Assembly (NCBI GenBank): GCA_049509455.1
Contig: JBEKZX010000002.1
Location: 2,764 to 66,763 of the forward strand
From: Conexivisphaerales archaeon
GTDB taxonomy: Archaea; Thermoproteota; Nitrososphaeria; Conexivisphaerales; DTJL01
Direction: 5' to 3'
Length of the DNA: 64,000 nucleotides
The notes under the pieces are model-generated. The model saw nothing but the letters and a program-made list of their open reading frames with translations, searched no databases and was not told where the DNA came from. Both the position numbers and the translations under genes were made by a program. Shown here piece after piece: positions 10,100-23,979 of the stretch; position 1 is the first letter of the stretch; each line of letters opens with the position of its first letter.

Positions 10100-10441
10100 A
10101 TGATCAAGGATATCGGATCGGTGGCAGTCGTCGTCAGCGACGCTGCTAAAGCCAAAGAGTGGTATAAGGAGAAGCTGGGGTTCAAGGTCGTCTCAGAAGA
10201 GGGGCACTGGGTGACCGTCGCCCCTAGGGGGTCCAAGGGACCGGTGCTCCACCTGTGCAAGACGACCCCCCTAGAGCAAGGGAACACGGGCATCCTCCTT
10301 CACGTAGACGACCTGAACAAGACGTTCAAGGCCTTGAGCAAGAAAGGGGTGAAGTTCACGCATGAGCCGAAGGATGAAGGGTGGGGCCCCTACGCGATGT
10401 TCGCGGACCTCGACGGGAACGTATTCTGGCTAGAAGAATGA
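10100..10441 (+). CDS. VOC (glyoxalase/bleomycin-resistance) family protein
   Basis: Within ORF 9959..10441. The internal ATG at 10100 gives MIKDIGSVAVVVSDAAKAKEWYKEKLGFKVV... (~113 aa), a typical VOC size and N-terminus. Confidence 0.7.
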   Translation: MIKDIGSVAVVVSDAAKAKEWYKEKLGFKVVSEEGHWVTVAPRGSKGPVLHLCKTTPLEQGNTGILLHVDDLNKTFKALSKKGVKFTHEPKDEGWGPYAMFADLDGNVFWLEE

Positions 10442-10652
10442 TGGGGTCGGCAGGCGCCTCGTAGGGGCGTCGCCAGTTTCTCTGACGAAGATTTCATAGG
10501 AAAAATCCTCCCGTCCTGAGCCTAGGCCTCCGATCGATCTGACGGTCAAGAGACTACACGCCAGGGCAGGACGAAGCGATAAGAACGTCCGGACGGACTC
10601 CGCTCCCTCAATGCCCAAGGCTAACTATGATGAAATGATGTTAAGAACGGCG

Positions 10653-10669
10653 AACGCCATGTATAGGAA
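10653..10669 (-). other. 3' arm of the 23S pre-rRNA processing stem (pairs with 13790..13806)
   Basis: aacgccatgtataggaa versus the reverse complement of ttcctatacacggcgtt. This is 17 bp with one G.U pair, flanking the 23S gene. Confidence 0.6.
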
Positions 10670-10739
10670 AATTGCGCCCTTATGTATCGCCCTCATATGA
10701 TGGGCGTGTTGGACGTTTAGTAACGGCAGGCTGAACTGG

Positions 10740-13765
<3,026 letters not shown>

Positions 13766-13789
13766 GAGCAATACATTAAGGCTTGCGCG

Positions 13790-13806
13790 TTCCTATACAC
13801 GGCGTT
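13790..13806 (-). other. 5' arm of the 23S pre-rRNA processing stem
   Basis: Complementary to 10653..10669 (see that feature). Confidence 0.6.
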
Positions 13807-13892
13807 AATCGCGGACAGACCCTGAGGGCCTTCCGCTACGCCCTTCACCCGACATCTTGGCTGGTGCCGAGTTGCATCTTAACAGAGCAATT

Positions 13893-13924
13893 GAGTTGCA
13901 GGCTTTTCTTCGCAGCCAATAGCG
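13893..13924 (-). other. 3' arm of the 16S pre-rRNA processing stem (pairs with 15459..15490)
   Basis: gagttgc...gccaatagcg versus cgctattggc...gcaactc. Helices of 7 bp and 10 bp are separated by an imperfect middle, as expected for a bulge-helix-bulge processing stem. Confidence 0.6.
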
Positions 13925-13947
13925 CCGTACACTCCTACTTGTTTCGT

Positions 13948-15447
<1,500 letters not shown>

Positions 15448-15458
15448 CGGGAGAACGA

Positions 15459-15490
15459 CGCTATTGGCTATTGCGAGAAGCACGCAACTC
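15459..15490 (-). other. 5' arm of the 16S pre-rRNA processing stem
   Basis: Complementary to 13893..13924 (see that feature). Confidence 0.6.
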
Positions 15491-15854
15491 AAATGCTCAG
15501 ATTCAATCCGTAAGGGTTGAACCCTCATTTTGTACGCACATCAGGAGGTTGTCGATTCACAGTCGGGCTAGACCCGCCTCGGCGACAACGCCGCCAATTA
15601 CAATGTGCGAAACATAGCCCAGTGGTGGGGCGATATAAGCTTTTGGTGGGTTGCCCTCTAAATAAAATGGGAAAAACGTTAGGTCATAGGCATGGCTAGG
15701 CCAAAGTCATGCAAACTATACGCTGCCAACGACAAAACAAACAAAATATCGTATGCATGAATCGCTACGAAGCCGATGAAACGAAACAGACCGAGTTCTT
15801 CCTTCGCACATAACTTATTAATACGTCTCAGATGCGCGTCAAAGATGACCGTTC

Positions 15855-17435
15855 ATGAGTAAGGACGATGAAGGCGAGGATTCGCTGGTTCAGCTGCGGT
15901 CCATGATAGGGAAGGCCAAGCTGGGAGGTGGAATCGAGGAGATTGAGAAGCAGCATCAGAGAGGTAAGTCAACTGCGCGGGAGAGGGTAGAGATGCTTCT
16001 CGACCCAAACACTTTCCTCGAGTTCGGCATGTTCGCGGAGCATCATTCTGTTGATTTTGGTATGGAGAAGAAGAAGGTTTTCGGGGATGGTGTCGTCACG
16101 GGGTTGGGGAAAGCTAACGCCCGCGACTTGGTTGTGGTAGCCCAAGATTTCACGTTCCTCGGGGGGTCGCTGGGCGAAATGAACGCGACGAAGGCTGCCA
16201 AGGCCATCGACGAAGCCGTCAAACTGGGCGTGCCCGTCGTGTTCATGAACGATTCGGGCGGGGCGAGGATCCAGGAGGGCGTCGACGCCCTAAAGGGCTA
16301 CGGTGACATCTTCTACATGAATACGAGAGCATCCGGAGTAGTTCCGCAGATTGCGGTTATAATGGGTCCCTGCGCAGGAGGTGCTGTCTACTCTCCGGCA
16401 CTGATGGATTTCATCATCATGGTCAGGGGGTCAGGGTTCATGTTCATCACAGGCCCGAAGGTCGTCAAGGCCACCACCGGCGAGGACACGGACGAATTCA
16501 AGCTGGGAGGTGCGGAAGTTCATTTCACTAAGAGCGGCGTCGCTGATTTCATCGCCGAAGACGACGCGGACGCTGTAAGGATAGTCCGGAAGTTGCTGAG
16601 CTACCTTCCCCAGAACAACCTCCAAGACCCGCCGTATGTAGACACGAGAGACGACCCAAACAGGGTGTCCCTGGAGCTGAACAAAGTGGTGCCAGCCGAG
16701 CCCTATAAGTCATTCAACATGTATGCCGTCATCGACAATGTGTTCGACAGAGAGTCCTTCTTAGAGATAAAACGTGGCTGGGCTAGGTCGGCTATAACGG
16801 GGTTCGCCAGGTTGCATGGGCATGTGGTCGGTGTGATCGCTAACCAGCCCAATTGGCTTGCTGGCGTCATAGACATAGACGCGTCAGATAAGATTTCTAG
16901 GTTCGTCATGTTCTGCGACGCGTTTGGCATACCCCTCGTGACCTTGGTGGATGTACCGGGCTTCATGCCTGGGACGAAAGTCGAACATGGTGGCATCATA
17001 AGGCATGGGGCCAAGATCCTCTATGCCTATTCTAGGTCGACCGTCCCCAAGATGACCTTAGAGATCAGGAAGGCCTACGGCGGGGCGTACATCGCCATGA
17101 GCAGCAAGCACCTGGGAGCTGACTTCGTGGCAGCGTGGCCTACGGCAGAAATCGCTGTGATGGGCGCCGAGGGGGCGGCTGAGGTGCTGGCCAGGAAGGA
17201 ACTGGCCGAGGCCGAGACCCCGGAGGAGAGGGAGAGGGTACTGAAGACTTTCGTCGAAGATTACAGGAAACAGTTCGCCAATCCCTATTATGCAGCCTCC
17301 AAAGGCTACGTGGACCAGATTGTGGAGCCTGCGCAGACGAGGCCAACGCTCATCAGAGCGTTGGAAGCTCTCCTGCCCAGGCGCAGCAGGATGGTGGGGG
17401 ACCAGCTACGCAAGCATGGAAACGTACCCGTCTAG
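15855..17435 (+). CDS. Acyl-CoA carboxylase carboxyltransferase subunit (PccB / methylmalonyl-CoA decarboxylase alpha-like)
   Basis: 526 aa. Features are a QHQRGKSTARERV N-terminus, FTFLGGSLGE, GPCAGGAVYSPAL and a duplicated crotonase-like carboxyltransferase layout. Confidence 0.85.
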   Translation: MSKDDEGEDSLVQLRSMIGKAKLGGGIEEIEKQHQRGKSTARERVEMLLDPNTFLEFGMFAEHHSVDFGMEKKKVFGDGVVTGLGKANARDLVVVAQDFTFLGGSLGEMNATKAAKAIDEAVKLGVPVVFMNDSGGARIQEGVDALKGYGDIFYMNTRASGVVPQIAVIMGPCAGGAVYSPALMDFIIMVRGSGFMFITGPKVVKATTGEDTDEFKLGGAEVHFTKSGVADFIAEDDADAVRIVRKLLSYLPQNNLQDPPYVDTRDDPNRVSLELNKVVPAEPYKSFNMYAVIDNVFDRESFLEIKRGWARSAITGFARLHGHVVGVIANQPNWLAGVIDIDASDKISRFVMFCDAFGIPLVTLVDVPGFMPGTKVEHGGIIRHGAKILYAYSRSTVPKMTLEIRKAYGGAYIAMSSKHLGADFVAAWPTAEIAVMGAEGAAEVLARKELAEAETPEERERVLKTFVEDYRKQFANPYYAASKGYVDQIVEPAQTRPTLIRALEALLPRRSRMVGDQLRKHGNVPV

Positions 17436-17482
17436 GACACCCGGGCGCCGAGCTCCAAAGGTTCCGTCAAAAAGGAAGGGAG

Positions 17483-17610
17483 CGCCGGGGATGGGACTTG
17501 AACCCATGAGGGCCGTGAAGGCCCATCAGCTGTCTAGCCACTTTCGTTGAGATCTCGAGGCTGACGCGTTCTGTGACGGCCTTAAGCCGCAGCCACTCCG
17601 CCACCCCGGC
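17483..17610 (-). tRNA. tRNA-Ser(CGA), class II, with two inferred introns (D-loop and 37/38)
   Basis: Acceptor GCCGGGG/CCCCGGC+G, anticodon stem UCAGC/GCUGA with loop CUCGAG|~22-nt intron|A, long variable arm GGGCCUUCACGGCCC, and T arm AUGGG-UUCAAGU-CCCAU. At 128 nt it is ~40 nt longer than a class II tRNA, with the extra ~18 nt in the D loop. Confidence 0.7.
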
Positions 17611-17669
17611 AGCTCAAGCCCTCATACGCTGTTATTCTTTATTTAAGGAGTGCTAGATGGTCTGTCGGC

Positions 17670-18920
17670 TCATATCTTCTTGAATCTCACGCCGGCAAGC
17701 GATGCCAATTCTTGCAGCGAGTTGATGTGATTTCCGTACGTCATGACGAGATGGTTTCCCATAGGATCCTGTTTGATTGTCTCGGCGTCGCCGTCCATCT
17801 CTATCTCGACTTGGGTCCGGCATAGCTCCTCGCTCCAAGCATCCCCTTTGACTATCCTACCCTCTCCCGCGCGCAGAACGCTGTATTCTCGGTTGTATCT
17901 AGCTATCGTGACCCTCTCCCCTTCTTTCAGAGCGCCCGATATGGCTACGCCCAGCCCGGACTCGAAGTGAGTACGGTACCGGTACCCCGTGGTGAGTTTG
18001 GGTGCTATGGTGCAGTGGGCGAGCACGAGCTTGTGGCCCTTGATATATGTCGGGTTAGCCAAGAATGTGGGACGACCGGTGACCTCAGAGAGAGTGATCA
18101 TGGCCACGGTGGCGGGTATGTCGCCTTCACATCCCGCGACCACTCCACGGTCGTTCAGGAAGGAGACGGCATAACATCCGGTCGACCTGTATTTGTTAAT
18201 GAAGTCGAAGCAGCGAACGCTGAGCGATGTCAACTCATGCCTCTCCATGAGCTCCTTCAATGCGACGCATATCCTAGCCGACTTGTTGAAATCCTCGTAA
18301 TCAATCTCGGCGGTCGATGGAGCCCTAGAGCGTGCTTCCTTGGCGAGCTTGGCGACCAAGGGCTCACGTGCTCTCTCGTATTCGCGATCGAACTCCTCCA
18401 TCGGTATGGTCAAAATCTTCATACCAAAACGCCCCTCCAGGCTCTTCTCGTCGGGCAGACTATACGTCAGCCAGGAGCTCGGCCCGCCCACAAGACCTAT
18501 CCTATGGCCCCCCATCCTGTTAAGCGCCTTAGCCGCTGCTACAAACCGTTTGACCTTAGCGAGTTCGACGCTGTTCTGACCAAACGCCACCGCCGTCCCG
18601 TGAGACTGGTCGAGGGAGGGTAGGGCTTCGAGCGCCGCCGGCAGACTGTTCATGGACTCGTGCGCAAGGATCATGAGAGGGCGGCCAAAGTTGGCCATGG
18701 ACTGAATCAGCCTCTCGGTGCCTCCAGTGACCACCAAGGCCAAGATGCCCGCGACATGTCCCAAGTCAAGCGAGTATAGCGCTCCTGCTTCTGAAACCGG
18801 ATGCAGCTTCATGTCGTAAGAACCCTTCAGCCACGCGGTGTAGTGATTCAAGACACCCTTGACGGACTCAGGATCATGGAGCGCTGAGATGAGGGGGACG
18901 AGAACGACGTTGTTCTGCAA
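17670..18920 (-). CDS. FucI/AraA-like sugar isomerase family protein (COG2407-like)
   Basis: 416 aa with a TTG start. The call rests on overall resemblance (GCEGD, LAHCT motifs) recalled from fucose-isomerase-like proteins, so the assignment is tentative. Confidence 0.45.
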   Translation of the reverse strand: MQNNVVLVPLISALHDPESVKGVLNHYTAWLKGSYDMKLHPVSEAGALYSLDLGHVAGILALVVTGGTERLIQSMANFGRPLMILAHESMNSLPAALEALPSLDQSHGTAVAFGQNSVELAKVKRFVAAAKALNRMGGHRIGLVGGPSSWLTYSLPDEKSLEGRFGMKILTIPMEEFDREYERAREPLVAKLAKEARSRAPSTAEIDYEDFNKSARICVALKELMERHELTSLSVRCFDFINKYRSTGCYAVSFLNDRGVVAGCEGDIPATVAMITLSEVTGRPTFLANPTYIKGHKLVLAHCTIAPKLTTGYRYRTHFESGLGVAISGALKEGERVTIARYNREYSVLRAGEGRIVKGDAWSEELCRTQVEIEMDGDAETIKQDPMGNHLVMTYGNHINSLQELASLAGVRFKKI

Positions 18921-19069
18921 GGTCGCTCAAGTTGTTCGACCGAGGAGCTTATAGAGTTTGGCGGGTCGCGTCGCATGACGCCTCAAGTCTGGAGGCGACT
19001 TTTTGTAAGACGAAATTGGAGAACAGATTATATCGACGCCTTTCGACTTCAAGATAGGTCTATTCTGAA

Positions 19070-20227
19070 TTGGAGGTAAGGGCTCCCATGGTAGACGAGA
19101 GATTCCTCAAGGAGGATGGATATGAGGTCTTCAACGGCAGCGAGCTCATAGTGAAGGGTTCTTTGGAGGCGGGAATCCCCATAGCTTCTGGCTATATGGG
19201 TTCGCCTGTTGCCGAGTTCTTCACCTTCTCTGAGAACTTCAAGGGATGGTTGAGCTTCAACGGGTTCTACTGGGAGGCCGCCAAGAACGAAGCGGAAGGA
19301 GCTGCTCGCCTGAACGGGGCCCGCGTCATGGGGAAGGATGCAATGGCCGTAATGAAGAGTGTCGGATTGAACGTGGCGGCCGATCCGCTCGAAATCTCCA
19401 ATTACCAAGCGGCTGCCACCGTTGGTTGGGGAGGAATCGTAGTGGTGGGGGACGACCCTCATGCGTCCAGCACGCAGGTCGCCTCAAGCTCACGTTACCT
19501 CCTGCGCAAGCTGAGGATGCCCATCATTGAGCCCAGCACCCCGCAGGAGGTCAAGGATTTCATCGGAGCGTCGCTGGAGCTCTCGCGTTCGTCTCAGCTA
19601 ATCGTTGGATACCTTATACAGACCTTCCAGGCGGACGGGATCGGTTCGGTAGAGCTTTACAAGAACAAGTACCCGACGAAAGAGAAGGTCAAAGTGGATA
19701 TCAGCCGCATCGACGTCATGAAAGGGACCAGCCTCCCGCCGGTTTCCGGCGAGCATGAGAAGGACATCGTCATACGGAGGCTGCCCCTAGCTATCAGGCA
19801 TGCGAGGGAGAAGAACCTCAACCGAATACTCTACGGTGATATGGATAGTTCGCATAGGCCGATCGGGTTCATCGCTTCGGGCCTCGCGTACAACTACCTA
19901 GAGCAGGCCTTCCATGCGCTCGGCATGGACGAACGATTTCCTGTATTAAAGCTGGGAATGATTTATCCTCTGGACGAAGAGATAGTGAAATCGTTCGCTA
20001 AGGGCGTCGACACCATATATGTAGTAGAAGAGAAGGAGCCGTTCATCGAATCAGACGTTTCATACATCCTGAATGGGGCGTATCAAAACAGGGAGGTTGA
20101 CCACGTAGATATTTGGGGGAAGAAGTTTCCTGACGGGAAGGATGGATTCCCAGAGTTCGGCGGATTGGACCCGAGCATCATGATAGGGAAGGTTGGAGGT
20201 GCTATACTGCGTCTTCAGACGCTATAA
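19070..20227 (+). CDS. Indolepyruvate/2-oxoacid:ferredoxin oxidoreductase family, N-terminal (Pyr-domain) part of a frameshift-split gene
   Basis: 385 aa with ...GSELIVKGSLEAGIPIASGYMGSPVAEFF..., resembling the N-terminus of fused IOR-family proteins. It ends at a TAA at 20225 while the -1 frame continues with homologous-looking sequence. Confidence 0.75.
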   Translation: MEVRAPMVDERFLKEDGYEVFNGSELIVKGSLEAGIPIASGYMGSPVAEFFTFSENFKGWLSFNGFYWEAAKNEAEGAARLNGARVMGKDAMAVMKSVGLNVAADPLEISNYQAAATVGWGGIVVVGDDPHASSTQVASSSRYLLRKLRMPIIEPSTPQEVKDFIGASLELSRSSQLIVGYLIQTFQADGIGSVELYKNKYPTKEKVKVDISRIDVMKGTSLPPVSGEHEKDIVIRRLPLAIRHAREKNLNRILYGDMDSSHRPIGFIASGLAYNYLEQAFHALGMDERFPVLKLGMIYPLDEEIVKSFAKGVDTIYVVEEKEPFIESDVSYILNGAYQNREVDHVDIWGKKFPDGKDGFPEFGGLDPSIMIGKVGGAILRLQTL

Positions 20228-20292
20228 CAGTAGAAGATAGGCAGAGAATAGAGCGTGAGCTTGCTCGTATCAAAAAGGCCAGCGACTTCTCG

Positions 20293-22740
20293 TTGGTGCT
20301 GCCGAAGAGGACGCCAGGGTACTGTGCTGGCTGCCCGCATCGTGGGACGAACAGCGTAATTAAGTATATGAGAGCCGAGACGGAGAACAAGGACTTCCTG
20401 ACGATACCTGACATAGGCTGCTATTCCATGTCTATGTACGGCCCCTGGAGGGAGGCTCACGCCTTCAACGCCATGGGCCACGCTGGCGCATCGGCGGACG
20501 CCATGAAGGATGTGATCAACAAGAAGCTGGTATTGATAGGCGATGGAACTTTCGAACATGGTGGAAAGAATTCCGTGCAGGAAGCCATCGACGGCGAGCG
20601 TGACCGAGTCACCATAATCATGGACAACAAGTGCGTCGCCATGACGGGCCATCAAGAGTCGATCACGACGGAGTTCCGCGGGAAGGAGAAGATTCAATCC
20701 CGCAAGTTCGAGCCCATAATCAAAGGGATGGCCGGGAGCAAAGAGGTCTACATCAAGACGATAAACCCCGATGACAGGCGCGGCTACGTCGACGAGCTAA
20801 AGAAAGCCTTCAGACGTCAGACACCCACCGTATTCGTGTCGGAGAAGGAATGTGGCATAACGAAAGAAAGGAGGAGGAAGATGCTACGGAAGGGCCCCAA
20901 GACGGAGTTCGTCAATGTGACCCCCGAAGTCTGCGAGAACTGCAGAGAATGCACGATGAATACCGGATGCCCCGGCTTGGCGCTCACCGACACTATTTAC
21001 GGGCAAAAGGTAGCCATCGATATGTCGATATGCACCGAGGATGTCTATTGCGCTAAGATTGAGGCATGCCCATCCTTCGAACGTGTCAAAGTGAGCTATG
21101 CTAATGGGGTTCCAAGAGAGAGGCTAACCGACGCAGAGCTGGGAGAGATCCCTGAGCCGGCTAAGAAGGTAGACTTCGATGACATGTATTCCATTTACAC
21201 CGGCTCCTTCGGCGGCATGGGAGGAGGGCTCAACACGGTGGTTCTTGCGAGGGCCGCGGCCAAGCAGGGTTACAACAAGGGTCAATGGATTGGACATGAT
21301 AAGAAGGGGTTGGCGGTACGCAACGGTGGGGTTTACAGCCATGTCATATTCCAGAGGAGTGGGGTCAACATATCTCCGGTGATATCGGCCGGCCACGCCG
21401 ACCTCATAAACGGTCTAGATAAGCTGGAAGGGACGAGAGGAATGAAATACGCGAACGAGTCCACTATCTTCGTCTCTAATGAAACGGCCTTGCCCACGAT
21501 ACCGATGCTGACCGGCGAAGAGGACTATCCCGACGACATAGATGACAGGATTAGGGGGAAGGTGGGGAAGGACGACTACTTTGGACTCCCTGTTTCCGAG
21601 TTGACGGAATTCTACCTCGGCAGCAAAATCTACTCAAACATGGTCATGCTAGGAATGACCTACCAGCTGGGGCTTCTTCCGCTGGAGCTTCGAAACCTTG
21701 AGGACTCCATCGTGCAGTCCGCAAAGGCCGGCAAGAGCACCAACATCAAGGCCTTCAGGCTAGGGAGGAAACTGGTTGCCGACAAGGGCTTTTCTGACCG
21801 TCTTGTCAATAATCCTGACTTCCTTCTTGTCTACAATGAGAAAGAGTGGTTCTCAAGAATCACGCTCGAAGGCGTCATCAAAGAGAAGAGGGAATACCTC
21901 CGCGACTACTATTTCCTGAAATCGAGGGGGGAGAAGGCCGCCGAGCAGTACCAAGCTCTCGTCGAATCCGTCGCCAAGTCAGGGTTTGACGCCCCTGACG
22001 TCAAGGAGTTAGCCGTAAGGGTCTATGATTTGGCCAGGTGGGGGAACTTCGCCTATGCCAAGAGTTACGTAGACAAGGTGCTGAAGGTTTATGCAAGCGA
22101 TGACAGAGACGAAGGTTTCAAGGCGACGAAGGCTGTCCTGTACAACCTCTACAAAGTCATGGCTATCAAAGACGAACTCTGGGTGGCAGAGTTGCTGTTG
22201 GCCAAAGAGAAGCTGAACAGAGACAGGGTGAGGTACAACATCAATCCCTCGAGGGGAGATTCGGTCAAATACGTCCACCTGAACCGTCCCCAACTGGATA
22301 TCTACGTCGGAGGAGTCATCGTCAAGATCGTGAAGGCGTTGAAGAAACGCGTTCCGAACCCGACCCGCAAGAGGATCGAGATTGACGTGTCTAAGAGCGA
22401 ACTGAAGGTGAGGTTTGATATGAATACGTCAACGTTTTCGCTCAGGAGCATAAGACGTTTGAAGTTCCTCAGGGGGGCCATCTTCAGGCACAAGAAGGAG
22501 GAAGGCTTCAGAGACTGGTACGCCGAAGAGGTGGTGGGCCAGTTCCTGACGGGGGCTTACAAGGATTACGATTCTGCAGTGAAGGCTCTGAGCATCCCGT
22601 TAGAGTTGAGCGTCCCCAATCACGTCAAGGGAGTGACCGGGTTCAGAGACATAATCTATCCGAAGATGGAGCTGGCGAAATATGTGTATGCGGCGAGCCT
22701 GAAGCCGACCAAGGACGTCCCCCAGATACTCGACCGTTAG
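20293..22740 (+). CDS. IOR-family oxidoreductase, C-terminal part (TPP/PP domain, 2x[4Fe-4S], gamma-like domain, long C-terminal extension)
   Basis: 815 aa. Motifs are PKRTPGYCAGCPHRG, CENCRECTMNTGCP, CTEDVYCAKIEACP and IYTGSFGGMGGG. There is no ATG start, and the frame is open upstream to at least 20161 (..ITVEDRQRIERELARIKK..). Confidence 0.75.
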   Translation: MVLPKRTPGYCAGCPHRGTNSVIKYMRAETENKDFLTIPDIGCYSMSMYGPWREAHAFNAMGHAGASADAMKDVINKKLVLIGDGTFEHGGKNSVQEAIDGERDRVTIIMDNKCVAMTGHQESITTEFRGKEKIQSRKFEPIIKGMAGSKEVYIKTINPDDRRGYVDELKKAFRRQTPTVFVSEKECGITKERRRKMLRKGPKTEFVNVTPEVCENCRECTMNTGCPGLALTDTIYGQKVAIDMSICTEDVYCAKIEACPSFERVKVSYANGVPRERLTDAELGEIPEPAKKVDFDDMYSIYTGSFGGMGGGLNTVVLARAAAKQGYNKGQWIGHDKKGLAVRNGGVYSHVIFQRSGVNISPVISAGHADLINGLDKLEGTRGMKYANESTIFVSNETALPTIPMLTGEEDYPDDIDDRIRGKVGKDDYFGLPVSELTEFYLGSKIYSNMVMLGMTYQLGLLPLELRNLEDSIVQSAKAGKSTNIKAFRLGRKLVADKGFSDRLVNNPDFLLVYNEKEWFSRITLEGVIKEKREYLRDYYFLKSRGEKAAEQYQALVESVAKSGFDAPDVKELAVRVYDLARWGNFAYAKSYVDKVLKVYASDDRDEGFKATKAVLYNLYKVMAIKDELWVAELLLAKEKLNRDRVRYNINPSRGDSVKYVHLNRPQLDIYVGGVIVKIVKALKKRVPNPTRKRIEIDVSKSELKVRFDMNTSTFSLRSIRRLKFLRGAIFRHKKEEGFRDWYAEEVVGQFLTGAYKDYDSAVKALSIPLELSVPNHVKGVTGFRDIIYPKMELAKYVYAASLKPTKDVPQILDR

Positions 22741-22991
22741 ATGACATGTTCCTGTCATAAGGGCGTTCAGCTACTCTGAGGCGAAAGAAGTCTCTTGATT
22801 ACATGTCTGATTATGGCGTAGACCACCACCGAAGCCTCGAAGACAACTATGATAATGATGATGGCAATCAGCGTGGAGTTCAGGGACACGGTAGACGAAT
22901 GAACAAGTCTGTCATTTAAAAGCTCGACGGCTAGCCGAGCGCATGAGTGGCTGCTTCGTCCGCGCCAGAGAGACTCGAGCGTTTATTGTGT

Positions 22992-23079
22992 TGGTGCGGG
23001 GGGTGGGATTTGAACCCACGAACTCCTACGAGATGAGGTCCTGAGCCTCACGCCTTTGACCAGGCTGGGCGACCCCCGC
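22992..23079 (-). tRNA. tRNA-Leu(CAG), class II, CCA encoded
   Basis: GCGGGGG...UGAGG-CUCAGGA-CCUCA, variable arm UCUCGUAGGAGUUC, T arm GUGGG-UUCAAAU-CCCAC, then CCCCCGC-A-CCA. Confidence 0.85.
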
Positions 23080-23266
23080 TTCGGACTGGACGTCAAGGAT
23101 GCCAGTTGTAAAAGCTTTTCGCGATGGCGACTGGAAAGAAATCTTTACATCAGCGACTACAAAGGCGTAACCTGATTAGTTGTCAAGCTTAGCCAAGTAC
23201 TTGGTGAGCGGTTGTTGACCATAAAGGGTATAACAAAGAAAGCTCCCAATTCACTATGAAGCTCAT

Positions 23267-23950
23267 ATGAACCTTGAGCTGATTGCCGTCTTGGTGGCCG
23301 TGGCTGCGATTATAATCATAGTGATACTAGCGCTAGGATTGAGGAGCGCGTCGCGGGCAGCGCCCGTAACGACGAGTGTTGCGCCTGCTTCGACCCCAGT
23401 GCAAGTGGCGACTGTGGCTATGCAACCGGTCCCCGAGCCTATCAAAGAAGAGGTTATGCCTCCACCGCTTGAACCCGCTCCGGAACCGATCCAGTCAGGT
23501 GAAGCTCCTGCCGCTCCCATGCCGACCGCAGAGGCGGTTATCGAGAAGCCTGAAACTACGGCGGCCGCAGCCGTTCCTGAACCAATCGTCGAAACCGCTC
23601 CGATGGTGGTCGCTCCTGAACCAGTCATGGAGACGGCGCCAGTGATGCCCGCAATGGAGACGCCGATCACGGAGAAACCCGATGTAGGTTTGGCAAAACC
23701 CAAGTTTGAATTGTACAAAGACAAGTCTGAGAAGTTCAGATTCCGGCTAAAGGCACGCAACGGCGAAATCATAGCTACAGGCGAAGCTTACAACTCGAAG
23801 GAAGGGTGCCTAAACGGAATCGAGTCGATGAAGAGGAACGCGCCCACCGCAGCTATCGTGGAAGTCGAGCCTGTCGTCACAAGGGTAAGGAGCACCAAGC
23901 CTCGCACGCCAAGGACCACTAGGACGAAGAAGAAAACAGGAATGCAATAG
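23267..23950 (+). CDS. Membrane-anchored DUF1508 (YegP-like) domain protein
   Basis: 227 aa. It has an N-terminal TM helix, a ~120-aa P/E/A/V-rich linker, the motif KPKFELYKDKSEKFRFRLKARNGEIIATGEAYNSKEGCLNGIESMKRNA, and a basic K/R/T tail. Confidence 0.6.
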   Translation: MNLELIAVLVAVAAIIIIVILALGLRSASRAAPVTTSVAPASTPVQVATVAMQPVPEPIKEEVMPPPLEPAPEPIQSGEAPAAPMPTAEAVIEKPETTAAAAVPEPIVETAPMVVAPEPVMETAPVMPAMETPITEKPDVGLAKPKFELYKDKSEKFRFRLKARNGEIIATGEAYNSKEGCLNGIESMKRNAPTAAIVEVEPVVTRVRSTKPRTPRTTRTKKKTGMQ

Positions 23951-23979
23951 AAACGGACCGAAGAGATGCCTTAATACGG

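Noticed and set aside
13766-13947. tRNA-Ala in the 16S-23S spacer.
   Set aside because: No acceptor or T-arm-like sequence could be folded. The spacer is occupied by processing-stem arms.
23263-23772. 169-aa ORF antisense to the DUF1508 gene. The same applies to other antisense ORFs inside large genes (27627..28271, 29427..29984, 32417..33019, 35571..36041, 49482..49955).
   Set aside because: They have low-complexity or shadow composition and are fully nested opposite genes with strong family signatures.
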